64,000 bases of DNA. It comes from Octopus bimaculoides (Eukaryota). The notes beneath the pieces were generated by a model. It saw only the letters and a list, made by a program, of their open reading frames with translations. It was not told the origin of the DNA and did no database searches. Of the stretch, positions 53,096 through 64,000 are shown in pieces. Where the stretch lies: positions 44,437,312-44,501,311 of the forward strand of contig NC_068992.1 of assembly GCF_001194135.2 (NCBI RefSeq), read 5' to 3'. Numbering within the stretch: position 1 is the stretch's first letter; the number at the start of each line of letters is the position of its first letter. The translations under genes and the position numbers were made by a program.

Positions 53096-53670
53096 CTTTA
53101 CCTTTCATCCTTTTGGGGTCGGTAAAATAATTAGCAGTTGAGCACTGGGGGTCATTTTAATCGATTAGGCCCCATCCCCAAAATTGCTGGCCTTGTGGTG
53201 AGCTGGTAAAATCGTTAGCACGCCGGGCAAAATGTTTAGCGGTATTTCGTCCGACCCCACGTCCTGATTTCAAATTCCGCCGAGATCACCTTTGCCTTCC
53301 GTCCTTTCGAATTCGATAAATAAAGAACCAGTTGAATACTGGGGTCGATGTGATCGGCTTTTCCTCCGACCCAAACCTCCCAAAATTTCAGGCCTTGTGC
53401 CTTAAGTAAACAGGATTATTATTATTATTATTAAGGCGAGTTGGCAGAATCATTAGCACGTCGGGCAAATGCTTGGCGGTATTTCTCCCGTCGCTAGGTT
53501 TTGAGTTCAAATTCCGCTGAGGTCGGTTTTGCCTTTCATCCTTTCTGGGTCAATAAAATAAATACCAGTTGAACACTGGTTCGACGTAATAAATTCATCC
53601 TCTCCCCAAAATTGCTGACAAAATTTGAAACTATCATTATTATTATTATTATTTCATTATTATTATTATT
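53096..53670 (+). mobile_element. Three head-to-tail family A SINEs (53096-53195 truncated; 53196-53432; 53433-53670)
   Basis: Repeated GAGCTGG/GAGTTGG..CGTTAGCACG heads, CAAATTCCGC B boxes and GCCTTTCATCCTTT cores, each ending in a GGCCTTGTG-type or ATT tail. Confidence 0.9.
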
Positions 53671-54322
53671 AAAATGTAGGTGGTGGCACTTATTCCCCTT
53701 ACAATAAATAACAACTGTATTAATAATAACCTCAATAATAATTTATTATATTTGCCACAAGGGTAATAAAAATCTATATGAATCATGAATATACAAATGG
53801 GATTCTAGATAATGGAAATGTGTATCAATTTATTGTTTTATTTCTTAAATTAAATTTCGCTTGTGTTTGAAAAGAAATATTTGTCTGTCTTTCCTCATTC
53901 TAGATATTCGTGACTAATCCAATATTTTCAGCAAGACAGATGCGATTTTTGCGTAGCAATCGGCAACTATATTGATTTTAGTTTGTGTCATGCAATGTAA
54001 GCTAGGTCGATGTACTGGGTAAACTCTAGCACAGTTCTTTGGAGATGATGCCACTGCTAATGTGGACAGAAACGACCTACAGAACAGCCTGACGTAACCA
54101 TGCCGTGCTACTGAACGAGGAGGAGGAGGAGGAGGCAGAGGAGAAAGCAGAGGGGTGGGGGAGCAGGAGGGAGAGTAAATGGAGGAGGATGAGGGAGAGG
54201 AAGGGGAGGCGACATCCAAAATTTCCGATGTGTTGCCAATTTATCCAAGACTAGTTTTGTCATTGAACGTTTTTTCTGTAATACATTATTACTACCATGT
54301 TGGTTATATGTATGTATGTATG

Positions 54323-54354
<32 letters not shown>

Positions 54355-54366
54355 TGTATGTATATA

Positions 54367-54402
<36 letters not shown>

Positions 54403-54492
54403 TATACAGAGAGAGAGATAGAGAGAGAGAGAGGGGGTGAGAGATAGAGATTGATAGTAGATGTATTTGTTTATATAGGTATATATATGTAT

Positions 54493-54529
<37 letters not shown>

Positions 54530-54738
54530 TATGAACGCGTGAGTCTGCGTGTATGCTTATACCCACACATTACATATATTACATACATACATACATACAT
54601 GCATGCATACATATATATCTTTTTATTTATGTTTCTCTTGTTTCAATCTTTGGGCTGCGGCCATGCTGGGGCATTGCTTTGAATAGCTTAGTCGAACAAA
54701 TCCACACCGGCTGTCAAAAGGTAGTGGAGAACAAACAC

Positions 54739-54786
<48 letters not shown>

Positions 54787-55159
54787 GCACACACTCACAC
54801 ACACAAGCATACGCACACGCAAGCATAATCACACGTTTACATACATAAATACATACATATATATATATATATAGAGAGAGAGTCAATTCGAGGAGGTTAT
54901 AGCCTCATTAGGGATTATATAATCCAAGATATTCCACTGGCTAATCCCTATCTTATAATGCGAAAGTCACTGGTACATGTTAGAGTTTATTGTAATTATA
55001 TATTTTATTAATATTGAAGGAAAGAAAATGGAGAAAATAATGAATGCATAAATAATTTATTTATATGTTATAAAATATTGAAAATTTCCTTTTAAAAATA
55101 TAACAATACAAATAAATAGATTATAAATTGCAAAGCTAAAAGAATTTAAAGAACCCACA

Positions 55160-55455
55160 TATGTTTCAGTACTATTCTCTAGTTGACNNNNNNNNNNNNN
55201 NNNNNNNNNNNNNNNNNNNNNNNNNNNNNNNNNNNNNNNNNNNNNNNNNNNNNNNNNNNNNNNNNNNNNNNNNNNNNNNNNNNNNNNNNNNNNNNNNNNN
55301 NNNNNNNNNNNNNNNNNNNNNNNNNNNNNNNNNNNNNNNNNNNNNNNNNNCGACGGGCTTCTTTCAGTTTCCGTCTACCAAATCCACATGAAGCTTTGCT
55401 CGACTTGAGGCTATAAGCACAAGACACTTACTCGAGTTGCTACGCAGTGGAAATG
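55160..55455 (-). mobile_element. Family B SINE spanning a gap
   Basis: CGACGGGCTTCTTTCAGTTTCCGTCTACCAAATCCAC...ACAAGACACTT after the gap; the gap sits at the internal microsatellite. Confidence 0.75.
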
Positions 55456-55483
55456 TTGTTAGCGAGTTTACACTCACCGGCAT

Positions 55484-55670
55484 TTGCACTCCGTCGGCTA
55501 CGGCGGTTACGACTGGCACTGCATCAGCGTCAGTTGATTCGATCAGCGGAACAGCCTGCTTGCATGTGAAATTAGCATACAAGTGGCTGAGCATTCCACA
55601 GAACACGCATACCCATAACATAATTCTCAGGATGTGGCAATGCTGGCTCTTTGAATTTAGTGCGTCTTAT
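55484..55670 (-). mobile_element. Family C SINE, 3' part
   Basis: GCACTCCGTCGG..CAGTTGATTCGATCAGCGGAACAGCCTGCT..GTGAAATTAGC, shared with 36870-36945. Confidence 0.75.
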
Positions 55671-56389
55671 ATTATCGGTTCCAAAAGAATGAAAGACAAA
55701 CCTGATCCCAGTTAAATTTGAATTTACAATGTAAAGAACCGCAAGAAATTCCAAGAAAGTACTTTGTTCGACACACCAACGGCTCTGCTAACTCACCGAC
55801 TTAAAATGAAGAGAATTAATATCACCATGCTGTCCTCATTGTTGTATCAACGAGCTGGGACTTAAATATAACTTTAATACAGATTAAAAATTTTCCATGT
55901 TAATGTTTAAGTGTAAAAACTTCTGGGAGGAAAAAAAATCCCATTAGCCTACGTCTTGTGTTACAATGGGTGTGTTCTTGAATTGAGTCTATTTTTAGAA
56001 TAAATCTCGAAGAGATTTCGTGTAATTGATTAATGGTAAGCCTTTATTAGAGCTATGAAAATATTCAAGCTCTTAACTCTGTTGTCATTCAGCAGAACCA
56101 ATCCTAAATCTTGACCGAGTTCTTAGAATTCGCAGTAAATTCCTACTAGCTAATCCTTTATTCCAAAACCGCCAAACACTACAAGAGATTTGATTCTACA
56201 AATTAATCCCACGCAGATAACTGTTTGGTGGGTTAATCAGTGAGAGACGTTACTGTAGATGTGTTGAAATATTTGTTGGAAGTTGAATGAAAGGGAAATC
56301 TTAGAAGACTGAACTGTTTGAGGGGAACTGTGAGATGTGAAGTTCCAACCCATAACCGACTCTTACACAATTCTTGGATTACAAATGTG

Positions 56390-56439
<50 letters not shown>

Positions 56440-57375
56440 GGTGGTGGTGGTGGTTTTGTGGCAGCAACAGCAACATTTTAACTGGAAAAGCCAGCTAATC
56501 AACTATAGGAAGACTTATAATGTTATGCACATCGTCTTTCATTTCCCTGTTANNNNNNNNNNNNNNNNNNNNNNNNNNNNNNNNNNNNNNNNNNNNNNNN
56601 NNNNNNNNNNNNNNNNNNNNNNNNNNNNNNNNNNNNNNNNNNNNNNNNNNNNNNNNNNNNNNNNNNNNNNNNNNNNNNNNNNNNNNNNNNNNNNNNNNNN
56701 NNNNNNNNNNNNNNNNNNNNNNNNNNNNNNNNNNNNNNNNNNNNNNNNNNNNNNNNNNNNNNNNNNNNNNNNNNNNNNNNNNNNNNNNNNNNNNNNNNNN
56801 NNNNNNNNNNNNNNNNNNNNNNNNNNNNNNNNNNNNNNNNNNNNNNNNNNNNNNNNNNNNNNNNNNNNNNNNNNNNNNNNNNNNNNNNNNNNNNNNNNNN
56901 NNNNNNNNNNNNNNNNNNNNNNNNNNNNNNNNNNNNNNNNNNNNNNNNNNNNNNNNNNNNNNNNNNNNNNNNNNNNNNNNNNNNNNNNNNNNNNNNNNNN
57001 NNNNNNNNNNNNNNNNNNNNNNNNNNNNNNNNNNNNNNNNNNNNNNCATGTATATATGTATGTGGTATATATATATTGATTGATTGTTTGATTGATTGAT
57101 TGATTGAATCACTGGGTTGGACAAAAAGTTCTTTCTTTTAAGGAGAAATGAGACACAAGTTTTGAACATAAAGCTATTTATTCAATTAAATGTCTTGCAA
57201 ACAACTCGCACATGCAATGGCTACCAGTCGAGAACTCCGCATACCGGAAGCCAGCAAGTGTAAAGGGGTCATCAGCAGAGAATGCGCGCCGTCTCGGGGC
57301 CTACCTCTCGACGGCATCAATGCGCACCGGCCCCCCTCATTGATATGAGGCCCCGCTTGCTAGATCAACTGGTTA

Positions 57376-57726
57376 TTAAGAACTGCCGTTGAGTTTCAAT
57401 ATCTTCTGCCCTCTTGCTGACAGATCTATTATTTCTTGTTCAAAGAATTTCCCATCTTTACTGGCGATAAACACTTCGATGTGGGTTTTTACGTCGTCTT
57501 CAGAACTGAAAGTCTTTCCATTCAATGAAACAGGTCGGAATTTGAAGGCGTAAGGTGGGGTGAAAATGGAACGGGGGTGGGGTGGAACATCCCACCTGAG
57601 TCTCAATAATGTCTGCCGCGGCTGCAAAGAAGCGAGCTGTCTGGAATTGTTGTGATGAATGACAGTGCCCTTACGATGAGCAAGTTCTGGACACATCTTG
57701 TGGATCGCTGCGTTTAATTTGTCCAA
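57376..57726 (-). mobile_element. Mariner transposase C-terminal relic
   Basis: MDKLNAAIHKMCPELAHRKGTVIHHNN..LRWDVPPHP..FKFRPVSLNGKTFSSEDDVKTHIEVFIASKDGKFFEQEIIDL..GQKIL.LNG matches mariner catalytic-domain tail. Confidence 0.9.
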
Positions 57727-57784
57727 CTACATATCCGAATTGATGCTTGCATATACATATACATGTATACATATATACATGCAT

Positions 57785-57935
57785 AGGTTCTGGGTTCAAA
57801 TTCCGCCGAGGTTGACTTTGCCTTTCATCTTTTCGCAGTCGATAAAATAAGTAGCTGTTGAACACTGGGGTCGATGTTATCGACTAACCCTTTATCCTGA
57901 TATTCCTGGCCTTGTGCCAAAATTTGAAATCAATA
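57785..57935 (+). mobile_element. Family A SINE, 5'-truncated
   Basis: GGGTTCAAATTCCGCCGAGGTTGACTTTGCCTTTCATC...CCTGGCCTTGTGCCAAAATTTGAAATC. Confidence 0.88.
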
Positions 57936-58394
57936 TTTATGCAGCTTAAGATTGTAGAAAGAGAGACGAGGATAAGGAGAATGAGAATGAGAATAGAAAG
58001 AGAATGTTGAGTCGATTATGTTGCAAATAAGGAGTTGAGAATTTACTGGTTCGTCTCAAGTCAACTACACAGCAGCTGTTAAAACATTTTACATTCAGAT
58101 TACCTAGTCCATCGTGTTGAATATAGAGGGTTAGAAACAACTGCCAACTGTAGAAGTGACATGTGGCCGTTAGCTTGCAGTGCTGTGTTCAATTTCTGAT
58201 GAGAGCAAGACGTTGAGGGCCCACTTGTTCTGTTCAATAATCACAAATATTGAACACATATTCGTGAATATGTCTAACCACCAAACGAGGACTGATTTGA
58301 TCGCCTCTCAAAAGATTTATTATAATCCTCTTCACGTCATTAAGATTAGTTCTTGGGGTTCACTTGTATCACACTCTTTGCAATATAAAGCACA

Positions 58395-58600
58395 GGCGGC
58401 GAGCTGGCAGAAACGTTAGCATGCCGGGTGAAATGCTTAGTGGTATTTGGTCTGTCTTTACGAACTGAGTTCAAATTCTGCCGAGGTTGACTTTGCCTTT
58501 CATCCTTTCGGGTTCGATAAATTAAGTACCAGTTGCGTACTAGGGTGACTCCCCCACCCCAAATTCTAGGCCTTGTACCTAGAGTAGAAAAGAATATAAC
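58395..58600 (+). mobile_element. Family A SINE, full length, third tail variant
   Basis: GGCGGCGAGCTGGCAGAAACGTTAGC...CCCCAAATTCTAGGCCTTGTACCTAGAGTAGAAAAGAATAT. Confidence 0.9.
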
Positions 58601-59035
58601 GTACGTTAAATTTTTTTGAAGGATAAAATCTATCTTGCAATTGTTTAATGTTTTTTCCAGTAATGGCTAAATATGAAGAACATATTACAAGAGAGTGGTG
58701 TGAATCAGCCATCTGACAACAGACCTATCGATTAAGGGAAGCTGGAATCGACTGAAACCCTTAGCTATAGGAATACTATTGTTGTATAATGGTTCGACTC
58801 TGTGACTGCTTTAGAAATCAATGAAAGTGTTTTGTGTTAGAGACGTGACACATAACACTGGTTGCCATTACACACTCATTGCTGAGTCATTACATTGACC
58901 AGTTCATATACACACACATACACACACACACACATATATATGAACTTGAGTGTGTGTGTGTGTGTGTGTGTGTACATGTGTGTGTATGTGTATGTGCGTG
59001 CGCGTTTGTGTGCTTGCATGTATCTGTGTGTGTTT

Positions 59036-59091
<56 letters not shown>

Positions 59092-60908
59092 NNNNNNNNN
59101 NNNNNNNNNNNNNNNNNNNNNNNNNNNNNNNNNNNNNNNNNNNNNNNNNNNNNNNNNNNNNNNNNNNNNNNNNNNNNNNNNNNNNNNNNNNNNNNNNNNN
59201 NNNNNNNNNNNNNNNNNNNNNNNNNNNNNNNNNNNNNNNNNNNNNNNNNNNNNNNNNNNNNNNNNNNNNNNNNNNNNNNNNNNNNNNNNNNNNNNNNNNN
59301 NNNNNNNNNNNNNNNNNNNNNNNNNNNNNNNNNNNNNNNNNNNNNNNNNNNNNNNNNNNNNNNNNNNNNNNNNNNNNNNNNNNNNNNNNNNNNNNNNNNN
59401 NNNNNNNNNNNNNNNNNNNNNNNNNNNNNNNNNNNNNNNNNNNNNNNNNNNNNNNNNNNNNNNNNNNNNNNNNNNNNNNNNNNNNNNNNNNNNNNNNNNN
59501 NNNNNNNNNNNNNNNNNNNNNNNNNNNNNNNNNNNNNNNNNNNNNNNNNNNNNNNNNNNNNNNNNNNNNNNNNNNNNNNNNNNNNNNNNNNNNNNNNNNN
59601 NNNNNNNNNNNNNNNNNNNNNNNNNNNNNNNNNNNNNNNNNNNNNNNNNNNNNNNNNNNNNNNNNNNNNNNNNNNNNNNNNNNNNNNNNNNNNNNNNNNN
59701 NNNNNNNNNNNNNNNNNNNNNNNNNNNNNNNNNNNNNNNNNNNNNNNNNNNNNNNNNNNNNNNNNNNNNNNNNNNNNNNNNNNNNNNNNNNNNNNNNNNN
59801 NNNNNNNNNNNNNNNNNNNNNNNNNNNNNNNNNNNNNNNNNNNNNNNNNNNNNNNNNNNNNNNNNNNNNNNNNNNNNNNNNNNNNNNNNNNNNNNNNNNN
59901 NNNNNNNNNNATATATATATATATATATATGGTAGATTTTGATAGATTTATGGATCTGAGCATTGCATTGGAATTATTTCCAGAGCTATGCAGTTCCGGT
60001 TCGAAATGTTAAATGTTCAGAATTTGAAATAATTCTTAGAATCTTGAACGGAGTTGGAACTTATCACTTCTCAAGACTAAACATTTTTCTTTAATTAGGC
60101 AAGGAAAGTACCCATAGCTTTTTAATCACAGAATTTAGGAAAGCTTGTTGAAGTTGACATGGTTACTTGCATTCAGACTGAACTTCTGCAGGATGTGTAG
60201 GAAGAAGGAATTAAAAAGGGGTGGGGGTTGAGGGTGCTGTTGTGGGTAGGAAAGACGTGGAGCAAGAAAAAAATGATCTTGGGTTCGTTTAAACGAGCGG
60301 AGTAAAAGAAAAGAAAAAAATTGTGGGGGAAGAGGCTGTTTCTTAGATGCTAAGCATAATGTGTGTGTGAGTGTGTGTGTGTTTGTGTGCGTGCGTGTGT
60401 GTTCGTGTGCGTGCGTGTCTGTCTCCGCAATGTGGAGTTAGGAACAAAGAGGAAAGTGAATGTTAGTTGTGTGTCTAGAATAATATTGGTTACAAAGGCC
60501 GCTAGACTGAGGAATGGTAGTAAGGGGAGGATGGCGTAGGAACGCAGCTGATATTGAGGCGGGGTGTCAATGGGTACCTTACAGATATAGGAATTGTGAA
60601 TGGGTGTCTGCCAAGTGGTGAGTGTGATTCAGGGATTGCAGTCTTCTCAATATCCAATGCTATCCTATTAGAGGGTGGCAGAAACGGTAAAGTTGCGTCT
60701 ACGTTGAGTAGACTTCTCTTTCATCCCTCTTTGGTCGATAAAATAAGAAACGACAAACCGTCAGTGCTTCTTTCTCATAGATTTTGCATCAAATTTTATA
60801 AATAATTTCTGAAATCTGACCTCAATTTTACCTTTTTATCTTCTAAGGTGGATAAAATAAAGTACCCGCTCCTTCCTAGACATGTAGTAGCAACAGTTGA
60901 AGCTGAAA

Positions 60909-60944
<36 letters not shown>

Positions 60945-61774
60945 CAGCAGCAGTAGGAGGAGGAGGAGGAGGAGGAGGGGGAGGAGTAACAGCAGCAGCG
61001 ATCCTATTCATATTTTTAAGCCAATGTAAGACGTGGGGGATATGAAGGTGTGGTGCTGCTGGTGAGGGACAGTAGGAGGCTGGCTGTTTCACCGCCACCC
61101 CCTTCCTACCCCCCTCTCTCGACATACCAACTTCCCACNNNNNNNNNNAATCAGGTCACACTGTGTAGGTCAGTACGGACGACAGCTGCCGCCGGGATTA
61201 AGAAGGCGGTAGAAAGTTTCTTGTTTAAAATAGGGAACTAGGTCAATGGTGAAGGGGTGTGGGGTGGCTGAGAAATAGGGGACTTTCGGTGGTGGGAGGA
61301 GGGATGCTGTAAACTTTCGACCTGGGATCGGGTGTGCCTTTTACAGTGGAAATAGGGTTTAGTGGATGGAGTAGTTATTGGAACAAAGGCTGATTGAGGG
61401 TTATGCCGAATGTGTGTGCAACTCTTAATATATATATATATGTATCTGTATATGTACGTAGGCATGTATGTATGTATGTATGTATGTATGTATGTATGTA
61501 TGTATAGGTAGAAAGATAGATTAATAGCTAGATAGATATACACACGCATATACACATATATACACACAGACAGACCTCCCCAAAAGTAAAGTAACTCCTT
61601 TGTTTAACAAACGGTTAAGAAGGGAGTGTGAGGAAGAGAGGTACGGGAAGTTTGGTAAATGGAGGCCCTAAGATATGTCATAAATTAAAGACTACTTCAC
61701 GATGCTCATAAGACCGTAAAATATTATATTTCTCAAATTGATTTGAAACTTTTTCAGTTTTTCTGTTTCGGGTT

Positions 61775-61860
61775 TCCTTTCTGAGTTCAAAATCTGGCGA
61801 GTCGATATAATCGACTAATTCCCTCCTGCTGGACTTGTGCCAAAATTTGAAACCATTGCC
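61775..61860 (+). mobile_element. Family A SINE, internally deleted
   Basis: TTCTGAGTTCAAAATCTGGCGAGTCGATATAATCGACT...CTGGACTTGTGCCAAAATTTGAAACCATT. Confidence 0.75.
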
Positions 61861-61906
61861 ATCATCATCATCATCAGCAGCAGCAGCATCAGCATCAGTA
61901 TCATCA

Positions 61907-61909
<3 letters not shown>

Positions 61910-61962
<53 letters not shown>

Positions 61963-62470
61963 GAGTGAGAGAGCAGTGCATGCCATCAAAGTGACACTGG
62001 GGTAAAATATACGAAGCCCGTTATATCCACCATGACTGCCCGTCTGGTAAGGGTACACCAGGCACATGCATCACAACCATATGTGAGTGACATGGTGATC
62101 TCATATCAAGATAGTAGCCCATCCCGCTCAAAAGGTCCCTGAATAAGGTTTGTTTAAGGATGTTGAGCAAAACACCCATGTTTCCAAAAGTGAATTATTC
62201 AAACCCCAAAGAATTCCACTCAACACATGGCTATGATGCTCCACCACTACTTCTGCTCATGAACAGAGATGTACATATCGTCAGCCACCAAGGGACATGC
62301 TCAACTGGTTAAGGTCAAACAACTGACAAGCAAATCTGTGATATTGATCAGAATATTTGCTGTAGCCCATCTTTTATACCAAGACAAAACAATGTACATG
62401 ATAACACTTCCAATTAGTTAAGATCAGAAACCATGAGAGCTACTGCCTGGTACTGCATCCGGGGTATTTA
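61910..62470 (-). mobile_element. ~500-bp unclassified retroposon-like repeat with long (AAT)n tail
   Basis: Non-coding block between (ATT)n tracts; the minus strand ends GCACTGCTCTCTCACTC(AAT)n. I recall it as a common Octopus repeat; not verified. Confidence 0.45.
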
Positions 62471-62487
62471 TTATTATTATTATTATA

Positions 62488-63333
62488 GGCGTCGAGGATA
62501 ATCAACTAAGCAGTCTGTTCAGGAGAACTTTCGGGCCGGGGCCCATGGATAATTTCCAAAGGTCTCTCGCCTGGCAGTGCTACCGAGGTGCGCTACCTGT
62601 TCGAGATAAACTCTACCGACATGGAAGTGCCGTCAACCGGGCCTGCCCGAGGTGCGCTCAGGACGACGAAACCGTTCTGCACGCACTCGTCCAGTGCCCG
62701 AGCATTGCTGACCTGTGGGTCTATATCGAACAGCTACTGTCACGTGTAGGACGGATCCGGCTATCAGCTGGATCCATCGTGAGAATTGACCCGCCGACCT
62801 CCTTTAANNNNNNNNNNNNNNNNNNNNNNNNNNNNNNNNNNNNNNNNNNNNNNNNNNNNNNNNNNNNNNNNNNNNNNNNNNNNNNNNNNNNNNNNNNNNN
62901 NNNNNNNNNNNNNNNNNNNNNNNNNNNNNNNNNNNNNNNNNNNNNNNNNNNNNNNNNNNNNNNNNNNNNNNNNNNNNNNNNNNNNNNNNNNNNNNNNNNN
63001 NNNNNNNNNNNNNNNNNNNNNNNNNNNNNNNNNNNNNNNNNNNNNNNNNNNNNNNNNNNNNNNNNNNNNNNNNNNNNNNNNNNNNNNNNNNNNNNNNNNN
63101 NNNNNNNNNNNNNNNNNNNNNNNNNNNNNNNNNNNNNNNNNNNNNNNNNNNNNNNNNNNNNNNNNNNNNNNNNNNNNNNNNNNNNNNNNNNNNNNNNNNN
63201 NNNNNNNNNNNNNNNNNNNNNNNNNNNNNNNNNNNNNNNNNNNNNNNNNNNNNNNNNNNNNNNNNNNNNNNNNNNGTCTTTGTCCTTATATGTTTTTAAT
63301 TGATATTAGCCCTTGTGGCCAATAAAACGAATT

Positions 63334-63345
<12 letters not shown>
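62488..63345 (+). mobile_element. Tx1/L1-clade LINE, 5'-truncated 3' end (gap inside)
   Basis: ORF MDNFQRSLAWQCYRGALPVRDKLYRHGSAVNRACPRCAQDDETVLHALVQCP (intact CxxC..H..C knuckle). After the gap, the tail GTCTTTGTCC..TAGCCCTTGTGGCCAATAAACGAATT(ATT)n. Confidence 0.88.
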
Positions 63346-63392
<47 letters not shown>

Positions 63393-63410
63393 GTAGTAGT
63401 AGTAGTAGTA

Positions 63411-63625
63411 TTCTGCACGCACTCGTCCAGTGCCCGAACTTTGCTAACCTGTGGGTTTATGTCGAACACCTGCTGGCGCACGTGGGACAGATCCGGCTAT
63501 CAGCTGAATCCATAGTGAAGATTGTCCCACACCCCTTCTTTGGCCGGGAGGGGCAGGCAATTTTTATTTGTCTGGTGGCTGTAGCGAAAGAAGTGTTGTC
63601 TTCTAGCAAATTTGAAGAAAGGTTT
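63411..63625 (+). mobile_element. Second Tx1-like fragment
   Basis: TTCTGCACGCACTCGTCCAGTGCCCG..ATCCGGCTATCAGCTG nearly repeats 62675-62770; reads GQIRLSAESIVKIVPHPFFGREGQAIF. Confidence 0.85.
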
Positions 63626-63631
63626 CTCTCT

Positions 63632-63747
63632 ACCAAAACCACTCACAAGGCTTTGGTTGGCCCAAGGCTATAGTAGAAGACACTTGCTCAAGATGCTACG
63701 CAGTTGGACTGAACCCGGAACCATGTGGCTGGTAAGCAAGCTACTTT
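63632..63747 (-). mobile_element. Family B SINE 5' part
   Basis: Plus strand ACTCACAAGGCTTTGGTTGGCCCAAGGCTATAGTAGAAGACACTTGC...GAACCCGGAACCATGTGGCTGGTAAGCAAGCTAC. Confidence 0.87.
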
Positions 63748-63754
63748 ATTTCAT

Positions 63755-64000
63755 AAATATTTGTCATAAAGGCATTACAAAGAGGGGACGAACAAGGACA
63801 GACAAGCATAAAAGGGGTGAAGTACCTGTATCGATTAAATATTTACAATTTTAAATATACAATAATAATTTGATTATATTTACAAATTTCAATTAAAGCA
63901 TTGCCCATTACAGATGCAATTTGTAATGGCTTTCCTGAAGGATAGGCATCCGACCACCAGGGTAGACGCCTTGCTTTTTCTTTCCCTTGTTTTTGACGTC
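63755..64000 (-). mobile_element. Tx1-like LINE 3' UTR and tail, continuing past the window end
   Basis: Minus strand has the same architecture as 3862-4090 (A-run..GGTGGT..AT-rich..TGTCTGTCCTTGTTCGTCCCCTC). Confidence 0.6.

Noticed and set aside
57288-57355. HDV-like ribozyme
   Set aside because: The P1/P2/P4-like order is present, but there is no room for P3/L3, no P1.1 GG and no catalytic C in the J4/2 position, on either strand.
58183-58258. Hammerhead ribozyme (CTGATGA followed by GAGCAAG/CTTGTTC stem, enclosed by TGTGTTCAAT/ATTGAACACA)
   Set aside because: The obligatory GAAA after stem II is absent (TGTT instead). At best a dead relic.
51055-58600. tRNA genes at the A-box/B-box sequences
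   Set aside because: They continue into SINE cores and tails and show no cloverleaf, so they are SINE heads.
62460-63420. (ATT)n target specificity of the Tx1-like LINE
   Set aside because: Two fragments start after ATT/AGT runs, but the copies at 3862-4850 and 63755-64000 have no such flanks. The runs can be explained as tails of neighbouring elements.

Overview
AT-rich, repeat-saturated eukaryotic DNA from a draft assembly: 20 N-gaps totalling about 7 kb, most of them next to a microsatellite. I recognise no host protein-coding exon. The long ORFs in the track are microsatellite or N-gap artefacts, or transposon relics. The SINE families look from memory like those of octopod cephalopods (Octopus-type genome); this is an inference and was not searched. 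Content: (1) decayed retroelements of several clades: Tx1/L1-like (5 pieces), RTE (3), HERO-like, R4/Dong-like and CRE-like RLE elements, and a Penelope-like GIY-YIG element; (2) mariner relics; (3) several tRNA-derived SINE families, including a dense cluster at 52.6-53.7 kb; (4) a U6 snRNA pseudogene abutting a SINE head; (5) a ~600-bp foldback MITE family with GGATC termini, an 8-bp TSD and a central TTAGGG tract (2 full copies, 1 mini-derivative). Most interesting observations: the U6-SINE junction; a SINE sharing its 3' tail with the Tx1-like LINE; the telomere-repeat-cored MITE; an RLE LINE inserted in an (ATAC)n array; an RTE fragment with a 5'-inversion geometry; an unexplained GC-rich pseudoknot-capable segment; and twin promoter-motif clusters at 14.8 and 15.7 kb. 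Boundaries of decayed elements are approximate; all family calls come from by-eye translation and motif recall.
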